Below, one piece after another: positions 36,973 through 48,639 of a stretch of DNA of 64,000 nucleotides (its first letter is position 1; every line of letters starts with the position of its first letter). The notes beneath the pieces are model-generated. The model worked only from the letters and a program-made list of their open reading frames with translations, had not been told where the DNA came from and did no database searches. Source of the DNA: Nemertoderma westbladi (taxonomy: Eukaryota > Animalia > Xenacoelomorpha); assembly GCA_032718475.1 (NCBI GenBank), contig JAUCBJ010001166.1, forward strand, positions 62,001 to 126,000. The letters run 5' to 3'. The position numbers were made by a program, and so were the translations under genes.

Positions 36973-39900
36973 CGGATATGCGGTTCTTATGTAAACCTAA
37001 AAACAACACAACGTGGGAGGATCCTTCGTGAGGATTCTCCCACACCGGGCGTAGGCGTTCCAACATTAGTATATAGAAAGTGGAGCTTACTCGGGGCGTT
37101 TTACAACTTCCTAGGAATTATATTCTCTGAAATTTGCCACGTTTGTAGTTTTTGTTACTCTAAGAATTTTGTACGGTTTTGTTTTTTCAATTTAGTTTCC
37201 CAACATTTCCAAATTGGCCACCAAATGTGGATTTTTGCCCCAATTAGGAAACTTCTAGCACTAAATGATTAAATTCGGAGTGAAGGCGACTGAAATCTTC
37301 AAATGTTCTCCAGAGACTTTGTGCGCGGATAAATTTGCAAGTTTCATTAAAAAATTTCGTTTAGCCAAATTTGGCCATTTTGGCCACATTTTAATTTTAC
37401 CCAAAAATTATCAAAATGGTAAATTTTTACATTGTTTTCTCGCTATCACCAAAGCAGCTTGGCCATTTCAATTGAAACTCATACCGAATACATATCCAAT
37501 ACAGTTGTTCATCGGGTCAAAATATTGGCCAAAAATATTTAACAGTATGCCAATAATTTAACTTTTGGCCAATTTTGGGCCAAATTTGGATATTTTTGAC
37601 AATTTTTAAATCGTTATAACTCTGTATCTTTTAATTAGAAGGAAACCGTTCCACTTGCGTTATATAGAGGGAAGATGGGAGTTCCATTACTGTTATTGAT
37701 ATTGTGCGTTGCCTGAATATTAAGGGCCGGAAATTGGGGCCGAAAAATGGTAATTTTGGAAGTTGACAAAATAGGTTTTGGTAGAAAGTGGTTTTCTCCG
37801 AATTGTCTGCTTATATTTTTCTGAAACTTTAACATCACAGATGGATAAGATAGCTCTACATTTTATCCATTTAATCTTAATACAAAAAGTTTTTGCTTCT
37901 TGTAGTAAATAAGGGCCAAACTTAGGAAATCTGTATTTTCTTGAAATTTAGCCTAAAATTAGGCACTCAAAATGCGATATATCGGCTTAAATTGCATTTT
38001 TCCGTAAATCCTTCAAATTAGTTTCTTAGAATTGCTTTGGGCACATCCGTACCAAATTTCATGAAAATCTGAGCAAGTTAAGTATTTTTGGAAGTTTAAC
38101 AAATTTTGGCGAAATTTTTTTTCATTTTTTCATTTTTTTTATTTTAGCTTCAGATTACCTCAAAATATACTATATAGGTACATTTTGGTGTGCTGAATCC
38201 GAATATTCATGCCATTTTCGATTTCAACGTTGTGTGTAGGTATGACAGACAAATAAAAAAAGTCCGTTAAATGACCGTCTTTTTGAAAGTCTGAGGTTTA
38301 GTTTAATAACTTCCTAGGAATTATATTTTCTAAAACTGTGCTCAATTAAAGAACGTTTTAGGATAAGAAAAATAACACTGGCAACAATTTATATGAGTTG
38401 GCCCAACCCACCCAATTTTACTCCAAACAGTCAAATTTTCACTGATTTTTAACGAAATTAACCAATTTTCACCATAAAATTACATATTTATCAAAAATAA
38501 AACAACTTCCTAGGAATTATATTTTTTTTAACTTTGGTCATTTATAGAACATGATAGTAGAACAAAATTGACATATTCCAAAATTTTCAAGAGTTGCACG
38601 AACCTGGTCAATTTTGTGGTCAAATCTGGCCTACGTAGCCACAATTTGGCAATTCCCGGCTCTTAAACTCTTATAGTTTAAAAATCATACCGATTATAAA
38701 TATATTGAGTATAGCAATTGTAAACGCATTAATTACCGTACGTAACAATGAAAATTTCATCGAATACGGTCTTGTTGCACCAGAGTTACAGCGATTTTTA
38801 TAATTGCACATCATATTAAAAATTTCATTATTGTTGTATTATTTAACCATTTTGAAATTCCCTCCATAAATCCATTTGAATATCATAACATGATGGCCTA
38901 CATCAAACACAACCAAAGCCAACCAATGGTACAGCTCTAGCCAATAACAGATAATTTGTATCCTAGCGACGGCAACACTTTTTGTAGTGTGAGGCAGGGA
39001 CAAGGCGCCTTGGGCAAGAATAATGAACTCACAGCTGGCTGTGTAGCAGTTACTGGTAGTGTTGCATTTTATATACCGGTCTGCCCCTCCACTGGAACGC
39101 CTGCTGGAGTACTGCAGTAGCGTACCACCGCCCGTACTTTCACAGACCTTACTACAGTAGGCCTACCTCAGTACCTGCCTACTATCAGCTATACATTCCA
39201 CTTGTATTCTAGGCTTGTCTGCATGTTAGCAGGTTTGGTACGGCTGTATGCAGGCAGCAGGTATGGTCTGACGGTTGTTGTATAATTAAATTTAGGCCTA
39301 TTTCAGTATTTCATTTATTATTTGTAAATTTTTAGTGAGCCTAATACCGTGATTGTACTAGGCCTAGCATTTTTCTTTTTTCATGTTATTTCAGTAACCA
39401 ATCCACATTCACCCATTTGGCTAATAACCTCAGGATTTTAGTAAACTCAGGAGTCCGACTTCCCTCTGAAGCTCTGATCTAAGTTCCACCTACCTACCTA
39501 CTGCTTATTTTATACAATCTGCCTGCATTATAGGCCTACTGCAGTTCTAAACTTCAAGTTCGGAAGTTGTAATTCTTATATCCGAGGATCCCTATGAGGT
39601 GAGGATCACTTGCAGCGTATCCTAACAAATCGTCTCCTTCTGCATATCTGCATATAGATCACTGCTGAGTCTTCAACGTTTACGACACAAACTGGCGGAC
39701 TGGGTGCCAGCACGTTTGAGATAACATTCTCGCATATCTCTGGACGGCCAAGGTCGAGAGAGGGTCGTACCGGAACTCTATCATCGCGACTTCAGCCCTT
39801 CGCCTCGTTTCTCCGACGCAATGCTGAAAGATGCAAAAGTGCGCCTACTGGGCATGCTCGAATCAGGTGGGAAAACTACCTGACTACCGGTAGTTCCAAT

Positions 39901-41765
39901 CGCATTGTACGTATACGTAAGCAGGACTTCGCTAAAAGCAAACATGCAGGTGAAACTAAAGGGACTTCGTGGTATCGGTACGATTACAGCGCGTGGTTTA
40001 TGGTACTTGCAACGTTTACCGGATGAAATCTTAGGCTCTAGAATCAGCGGCATGAAATACTGAAATACAAAGAGCAAAACTTCCCAGCAATTCAATGCAA
40101 CAGCAAGCGATGAGTTATAATGGGTAGCGTTCCGGAGCGAGTTGGGATCCCCAGTTTAAATTCGCGAGTGGTTCGGGTCCATCAGTCGACCAGACATGCT
40201 TTGGTTCGTTGAGTTTTTAACTTTCATGTCTTCGTTTCATCCAAACCGCATCGGGGTAGGGATACCAAACCACTGCGTTATTTAATGCTTTTTAATTTTG
40301 TTATTGTCTATCGATTGACTTATAGATAACCTGTGCCTATTTTCAGTTACTGTGTTAACAGTTATGACTTCGTATTGGTTTAAATGTATGCCCATGTATT
40401 AATTATTTGTGGTCCTATTGTATATTGCCATGAGCAGAAATTATTTTATTAATTGAACAAATTAAATTCACAATTTAGTATTGAATCTTTAATATATTAT
40501 ACTAAATAATAATAATATTTATTATTATGTAAATATATTAATAGTATAAACAGCTATAGCTATATACCATAACTATATTGTTATATTTCATAATTAAAAT
40601 TTGTTTAATAAATTTTTTTGCATTTTATAGAAATACTGATATATTTTTTTAGCGTATTTACAAAAGCAAATAATATAAAGGTGCTTTTGTGATAATTATG
40701 CAAATAAATTTTTTATTTTAATGCAAATACTTACAGTAATATTAACCAAGTATTTTGTTAAACAGTAAAATTTAGTTTTCATTCTTTGATAAATTTTTTT
40801 GTTGGTTTTAAATAAAATTTGAAATATTTTTGGTACTAAACAAGATCCCCAATGTTCCGTCAACACCTTGGGTTGACGAAAGGGACATTGGGGCTAATCT
40901 CTAATAAGGAATTCTACCCCCCCCCCCCCTCCTTACTTTCGGACTAACAATTAGTAAATTGTGGATTTCAGTTTCCAACAATTCCATTTAAATCGCACTC
41001 TTATATGAACAGAACTTCACAGTCTAGTCCAATATTACAATTGTTTGTGAATTCTAATTGTTTGTGAAACATATATGTTTCATCATAATATGAATTTTTT
41101 ACAGTTTTGATATTATACTGACATCGTAAATGTTACTGAAAGATGGCACAGCCGAATTTTATTTAGTAGGTATGGGCCCTGGGCAGCAAACTTGTGGTGC
41201 TGTATGTTGGTACAGTACATTAATAGTTGTTATGGGTAAAATTAATTATTGCGGAATTTCAGAACAGTATCATAATGTTAATAACCTACTGTATTAACTT
41301 TATGATGTTTAGGATGCATATTTGGTGTACAGAATCGATAATGGATATACCCTGTGTTCCTATTAAAGTACTGATAATGTAATAATATATATGATTATTG
41401 CTTATTAGTTTTTTTTTAATAATAAAAATAAGATATTAATTATTATAAAACAAAGAATCTTAATAATGAAATTATTAAGAGTTAATTAAGCCACCGCAAA
41501 CTGACGTTACAAGGCGGGAAATTGAGACTACTACTAAGACAAACACAGTAACATGGACTGGCAGACATGAGTGTGGTTCTATGTACTAATACAGTAATGC
41601 GATATTTGTGTAAGTATTTGGGGAGTATCAAGAGAGGTGGGAGAGGCTGATTTTCCTCTATTGCTGCTGGATTTTCTATTCCTCCGTTTCTATACCGTCC
41701 ACCCCCCCCCCCCCCCCCCCCCCCCTCTCTGTCTACCACCCTCCCTCCCCTAGCACCCGCATCCC
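36973..41765. mobile_element. Unclassified composite insertion splitting the Penelope pLTR
   Basis: pLTR stops at 36972 and resumes at 41770; TAGT/TTGT flanks (imperfect 4-bp TSD); weak inverted ends CGGATATGCGG...CCCGCATCCC; inner inverted pair TTACAACTTCC (about 37101) / GGAAGTTGTAA (about 39562). Confidence 0.6.
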
Positions 41766-42838
41766 TTGTTGCTTGAATAAAAGGCTGTTGGCCGAAATAT
41801 CGCAACAAACTTATATTTTATATGTCACAAGTATTGGTCTTCACCACACCTATATTGACAATATGATTATACAGTGACCTGGGCACGGAACTACCTATTA
41901 CGATCGATAGGTAAAGGCTATTAAGCCGTATTAGCTGATAACTAAAAAATAAGTAAGAGACCAATATTTTTAAATTATAGACAAATACTTTACTCAAAGG
42001 TTCGAATAATCTACTTAAACAGGACCAGTTAATAAAAGCCTTGACAGAGGTCGTCAAAGGCATTGAACCACTACTAAAAAATTTGGTAAACGTTATGTCT
42101 TAGTTAGCACCCAGGTTCAATGCGCTTCGCCACTCAAACAGCAGGAAGTGTTGGTTTTGATATTCACCAGTTAATTCAGTCTTCCATCATGTTCATGGCA
42201 AGACAAAGGCTTTACGTAATTAAATGAGAATCATAAGAAAACTAAACTGAATTTTTCAGAATTAGAATAGGCAGAAAGTGAACAATAGGTTGTATTAGGC
42301 ATAAAGGTACCATACAAAAGGACCAAATACAAATACTTCAGAAACTTTCGCCATACCATAGGAGCAGCCTTTGTACCAATTCGAAAGGTATTCAAATGTA
42401 CTAGAGTAAGCATTATCACGATTACAACTAGATTCCAGGGGTGACTCAGGTGACGAATGTGTGTTACATGTTTGTTTTCTTTTTCAGCCAAGATCTAAAA
42501 ATTTATAAAATGTGCGCCCAGGCTAATTATGGTATGTAGTAATTATAGCCGCCCAGATAGGGTTAAGGATGTTCGTTTAGTGTCTTTTTGACAACATCAT
42601 TTCAATCAAAAAAACCTCATTTGAAGTCAAAAAAAGCTAACGTAATGACACTAGATAACATGCGAGTTTACAAATATAAAAAAGTTAAAATTATAACAAA
42701 CGCATGTCGTTTTCTATTTTCATTGCAGTCCAGAATACTTATTGTACCGGTATAATAAATTTAGGATTGCCATGGTTATTTCATTTACATGTTGAGCATT
42801 CTAGTTGTTTCCCCTAATGTACAAGTATAATGTTTTAC

Positions 42839-43027
42839 CTTAATGTTAACCTTATTAAATTAGTGTAGCAGATGGTAAAACTGGGGACTAGGATTTCTGA
42901 TTTATTGTTTAACAGATGTGATGCAAGCACTGAGGATGTTTCTTCCATGAAATATATGGAGAAGACTTGGGTGAGTTGAAAACTACCCAGGCCTATGCAG
43001 GTTATAAACAACAATGCCCACAAGATT
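42839..43027 (-). CDS. DEG/ENaC channel gene, coding exon 2 (TM1 and post-TM1 motif)
   Basis: 189 nt, TTGCAG acceptor, GTAAAA donor, phase 2-2; RILWALLF...IYF...VPSFTICYTN resembles the FPxxTxCN motif. Confidence 0.85.
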
Positions 43028-43242
43028 CTGCAATCAATAAAGGGTATAAATAGTGGTGGATTCGATACTGTATAATCTTATTTACCAATCATATGGCTTA
43101 TAATATCAAATATGATACGATTTAATATAATTCTATTGTATAGCTTTGCAGCAATCGAGATCAATGAGATTCATATCGCATATCAAATATATATGATGAT
43201 GATGGGATGATGATGGGGTGATATAAATATGATGGGGTGATT

Positions 43243-43770
43243 CCAGGATTTGGAAGTCACCGAGAATTAATCGGAAACTTAAGGTCCGATTATTTAGAGC
43301 GGCAGTAGTTCCAGTACTCCTCTACGGGAGTCCATGCTAGGCTCTAACTGCTGAGGACACCAAATCTCTGGATGTCACATTCACAAGAATGCTACGCCGG
43401 GTTCATTGTGTCAATTACAATGCACACATCTCCAACCAGACACTATATAACATTGGAGGTGTCTCATTGGTACCCCCAAGCTTGACACTAGAACAAAATC
43501 GCCTCCGCTTTGCAGGACATTGCTTTCGCCGTGAGGACCAGCCAGTGCATAATCTTGTACTTTGGCAGCCTCATGGAGTGAATAAGCATGGTGGACAGCC
43601 CATGACTTTCTTGAGACGCATCTTAAAAGACACTGGTCTTGAAGATGCGGATGATCTAGCAAATGTCATTTGTGATAGGGAGTTGTGGCGGCGCAATTTT
43701 GTCGACAAGCCGGCACAGCATTCTTAAAAATGCAGCTGCAATGCAGCATGGCGATCCTAGTAGTAGTAGT
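43243..43770 (+). mobile_element. 5'-truncated RTE LINE 3' end with (TAG)n tail, in DEG/ENaC intron 1
   Basis: Near-identical to 33540-34070, with an extra stop. Confidence 0.9.
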
Positions 43771-44029
43771 ATATGGCTTATAATATCATATCAAATACCT
43801 ATCATAGAGGTATGTAGATTCATCATTCCAAAACAGTAACCAACTATCAACTATCTCCTCTCTGTACTTGTATTGCATGTATATAGGTGAAGGTTGTGTC
43901 TTGGATCTTATGCTCATACGATCAGACATAACTATAATCATCGAAGTTAATTCTTCTACCTTCTACTTTCTACCTCTTCTCGAGTAAAAAACCAACGCCA
44001 ATATGCAATATGCTCCTTTGAGCTGAAAA

Positions 44030-44500
44030 ACCATTGGGCTCCCTCTAGTTATTCTGAGAGTACTCCTAAGCCATTAGCTAGATATACTCGACTTCTGAGC
44101 CAATAGGTTGTGTTACCATTTACCCCATGGTGGTCATGATAGGGGGATGCGACAACATAATCCACCACTATTATGAATAAGAATGGTGCAACTGTTTCCA
44201 ATTGGAGGACTCCCCATAAAACTTCAGAAGGATTATCGTGTCACAATCAGCAGTAGACATAAATGTTGTGGAACCATCATAAAGTATTCTGATTGCTATA
44301 ATAATCCCATTTGCTGCAAGTATGTTGAACATACTTGATCCACCTTCGGAATAAAGGCATAAAAAGAGTCAACAAAGACAATCTCCAGATGTCTCTCTAT
44401 CATTGAGGACAACCTTTAATTTATCTTTCTAATAACCAGAATAGACTCCATGGTTTCATGACCTATGGACACCATTATGGAACCCAATCTGGTTCCCATA
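44030..44500 (-). pseudogene. Decayed RTE RT fragment
   Basis: Similar to 2361-2652 (GVLQ...APFLFIIVVDYV). Confidence 0.7.
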
Positions 44501-44873
44501 TAATAGTCTCTCAACGGGAACCCTGATGAAAATGTAATGGAATATATTAGGTTCTATTCAATATAACTGATTCCCAAGATGTCGTTTCTTCTATCAGTAA
44601 ATAGGTACGCACTTCAAATTATATTTTTTTATGGTTCGGTTAGTACTTTTAACTAAGTTATAACTTGACCAGATGAAAGAAGACTTACCATTATATCATC
44701 AACAATCTATTATAAAGAATACCGTAGTATAAACCAACTAATCGTGGATGACATTAAGTTTACCAGAACATTTATTATCACACCAGAGATATGATTTACC
44801 ACTGAATCTATTGATTATAGTGATTTGGATATATATTTAAACAAATATTCATATATAAAGCAAAGACTCTAAC

Positions 44874-45082
44874 CTTAACGAAACATGTTTATTTTTGTTA
44901 ACGGCATGCCACAAGCCATGTAAAGTTGTTATTTGAGCCCATTCATAGAAATGCATCGGTGGTGGTGGTTCCTTCACTAGACCTCCAATGACTTTACTTT
45001 CACATACTTCCTCAGTTTCCTTAGTATCAACATGACCCACCTTTATTGGCATTTCGAATTCACAATCTTTGTGAATGACCAT
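44874..45082 (-). CDS. DEG/ENaC channel gene, coding exon 1 (start ATG at 45082 or 45052)
   Basis: FYEWAQITTLHGL is the conserved pre-TM1 HG motif; GTTAGA donor in phase 2 joins exon 2 in frame. Confidence 0.85.
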
Positions 45083-45849
45083 CAAAATATTATAATAACT
45101 GAACACATATTACATATAATATGATAAAAAAAGACACAAATAAATGATAGTACGTTCTCAAATTAGGGATTGGAACGTGTTGTAGTGAAATAATATAATA
45201 AAAGTCAATCTAAGGTCAAACTGGATGTCTAACAAGTATAATATTAAATTAGTGCAAGATCATCTGTTCGACAAATATTCAATTATTAATGTTCTGTACA
45301 TAAAAATTGTACTTTTTGTGCTAAAAACTGAAAAAACTTAAATGCTCTTCTAAAAAATATATAAGTGAAGGTCATATTTTTCCTGCCTTGCCATTTCTCC
45401 AAAAAGTAGTATAGGTCCCTTCTATGTTGGACATAAATTCACAAATCGATTGAGAAATGGGAACCATTTATAGATTTATAGATAAAAGATAAAATCAGAA
45501 TATACCCTATATATATATATATTTATTTTTTTCTTTCTTGGCAAAATTCATTCTTCAGGTTGGTGATTTCTCTTTGGAGAAATTCGTTTTCCACCATTTC
45601 TTTGCATAGTCTAGACTAGTTCAGTTTGACAGAGTCTATGTCTAATTTGAGTTGGTAATAGTTAGGACTGGAGAATGCTGCTCTTATATTCATACTAAGT
45701 TTGTAATAGTTATGAATAGAGGGTACTGCCCGTATATATTCAATTCATTACGATGGTAAGAGTCAGGACTGTAGGATAATAAGTAAATTTAACATTTATA
45801 TTTGTTATTGCAGGCGTTCTTTGGAGTCACACAGCCTTTTAGAGCGCCG

Positions 45850-46040
45850 GCATTATTGTTTCCCCCAGCAAAGCCAGGTTCCTTTTATACCGCTGTGTTG
45901 GATAGCGTAAGCACAAAAATCTTCAATCAAGTGTCTTGCCTAGAGGAAACAACTGTGTGATATTTCTAAAGCCTTCTTTAGTCGGATTTGAAACTGCGGC
46001 GCCAAACACTACTGTGAAAGCAGTTTAGGCGCTGTATCCA
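45850..46040 (-). mobile_element. Decayed SINE with conserved central domain
   Basis: Minus strand reads a B-box-like TTTCAAATCC, then CTAGGCAAGACACTT and CACAGCGGTATAAAAGGAACCTGG, resembling conserved SINE core segments. Confidence 0.5.
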
Positions 46041-46444
46041 CCCAGACATTGGGGTAGGAGGATTGTTGCTCTTATATTCATTAAGTTGGCTCGAGTCAGG
46101 TCTTGATTTCATTTGTACCATAATATCTGTGAAAAGAGCAGCCAGCTTCCAGATTTGAGACGCTCAGAATTGCATGGGGATGGATGAGCCTGAACTCACT
46201 TTCCGATCTCGCTTGGATTTTGATCTAGAGTGTTCAAAGGGGACTTCTAATTGACGTTCCTGAGTATACGAGATGGTCAGATATATAAAAATGGGAGAGT
46301 GCAACATCATATAGGCACAAAAATGTATCACAATAATAATAATTTCCTGATGGGCAAAATTAATAAATACCAAATTGAAATCGATACATTTCAACTTTAC
46401 ACCTTAGAAGTGGTGGAATTCTCTTACTCTTATTCTGTAATGAT

Positions 46445-46680
46445 GTGGGGCGAGCGAAGAAATAAGCGAGCTTAGCAAACGGGTACCACTGTTTCAACCT
46501 TTGGTCGGCCTGGTCTGACTGTTGTTCTTTCTAATTGGCTAATGTTTGAAGGTTAATAAATAAACCCTTTGATGAAATCAAATCCAACTTAACATACTGT
46601 ATATGTCAGAAGTGCAAAAATTAATTTTTGAATCGGAATTTCTAGACTGCCACTAGAGGGCTACATTACATAGCAATAAC
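46445..46680. repeat. Dispersed non-autonomous repeat; related copy at about 59627-59860
   Basis: Both begin GTG.GGGCGAG...GCGAGCTTAGCA...GGTACCACT and share downstream motifs. Confidence 0.55.
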
Positions 46681-48346
46681 TCTTGAATTGCATTCCAAAT
46701 TTGCTTATTGCGCAATAGCCACATTGCGCAATTTCAGATCGCAATAGCCACCCACCTGGGGTACAAGTTCGAGGAATCCAGACACCTGCAACAGACCTCA
46801 TCACCAGTAGTGGCCACATTGTGGGAGGAAAGAACGCAAACTATCTTGGCGGAGCCACTGATTAGAAGACAGTCGGAGTTTCTGTATTTAAAACTCTTCA
46901 TAGTTAAGGGATGCCTATACTGGGTAATTTAATTATATTAATTAGATAATAGGTAATCACTTTAGTATATTGGAAAACTACTACTTAAATTTCATTATTA
47001 TATTATTTATTATTGGTAGAAGAAATTCAGATAAATATAGTATATTAATAGGATATGAATAATTGATTAAATTCATAATCAGTTTGCATGTAAAGCAATA
47101 ACACCAATTAATATATTTTATCACAAGGTTTACTATATATAATTGTTCCCGAATTGGACGCGCTCCATTTCTCTCATACTCCATGTTCAATGCATGTGTT
47201 TCTTCATGTGCGGTGAGCCTTTTACCTCGTCATGGTTTTCGTAGATTTATGTTCATACTGCACGGCATCTCGTCCACGGCAAAAGATATTTGAGCAAGTC
47301 CAGTTGCTTCACATACTATTCAGTACATACAATATACATACCCCATCCGACATAATCTAAATATAAGACATAACATAACCCTTCCGATAAATTGTATGAC
47401 ACTAAAAATTCACCCACGCTGCTTGTTTAGAAAAGTTTAAAAATATATTATGCCGGTATTCAAGTTTATAATTATTTTATAATAATATTTCTAATACAAA
47501 TTTAATCTTCTCTAATTTTATCTAATTTCTTCTAATCTAATCGAATCTAATATTAATTTGTACAATAAAATTTAATGTATTTTGCTAAAATGTTTTAGGC
47601 AGAGGTAAACTTCAGGTAAAGTAAGACTTTAGGTAAAGTTATTTTTTAATTGCTGCATTTAGAGATTCGTTGTCCTGTTTCCTCTGGTTCATTGATGGCC
47701 AAACCCTTCGGTGATCTTATTCTTCTCTCCATTATCTTTTCACCGGCAACGCTAAGGCATCGATTTATGATGATCTCCTTCACACCATGGGCCGGTTTTG
47801 CGATGGCTGATCTGGAGAACATTAGGGCTACCCTTCTGGAGTTTATTTTAGATAGATATAATTCATTCATTCTCTACTAAATATTCTGGCGTTAATAAAT
47901 CCCATACGTTTAAAGTTTTTTGAACATAATTCGACTCCCTCAGCTGCATTTAAAAACATCTCCCTAGTTTTTGGTTCAGTACTTTGCTTCCCTTCCGAAT
48001 ATACTTCCCCTGTCTTCTGTTAGCTCATCCCTGGTGCAGGATTAGGGTAAAATTGTGTAAAATTGGGTTTCCTTGTCCCGTATTCAGCCATTCCCCTGCC
48101 AACGTCCATGCTATTCCTCGCGATTTGCCTTCAATATCTTTTGCTACTGCTACTTACTGCTGTCGGTTCCAAATCCAAAGGTGACCACCACCTGTAGGCT
48201 CCGACAGTATAGCTGCTTACTTACTCCCTAGCCGTGCTCCATATCATATGTAGTGCAAGTGAGTTCCGCACAGTCACCATCAAATTATCACCACTGCATC
48301 AACCAAAGATAATAATGTTATTGGAATTTTGGCCGAATATATTATA

Positions 48347-48639
48347 CTAGCTGGCAATACCCGAGGCGGCTTAACCGGTATTTCCCGACAATTGTATTGC
48401 TAGGCCTATCTAATGCAGAATGCAGTGTATGGTAATTCAAAAAAACCGGGCTGTTACCGGTTCCGCCAAAATCTGTATTAACTGGTACCGTGAATTAAAC
48501 TTTTAGAAAAGAGGCCTATAATGAGCACTCGTTAAATTTATACCACATGCCAAGTCCCAGCGCAATCCCTCCACCCGTTTTGGAGGAGTTCACGCACAAC
48601 AGAGAAAGAGAGAGATAATTTGACTTTTATAGGTATAGA
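48347..48639 (-). mobile_element. Short non-autonomous Helitron
   Basis: Minus strand A|TCTATAC...GC-rich subterminal segment...GCTAG|T; AT target, no TSD. Confidence 0.65.

Larger units (their letters stand above)
33336..41900 (+). mobile_element. Penelope right arm in pieces: RT fragment 33336-33480, pLTR 36786-36972 and 41770-41900
   Basis: Each piece is the reverse complement of 30780-30925 or of 24361-24620. Confidence 0.85.

Noticed and set aside
42231-42491. Additional DEG/ENaC exon
   Set aside because: The phase-2 frame after the acceptor hits a stop quickly and shows no channel motifs
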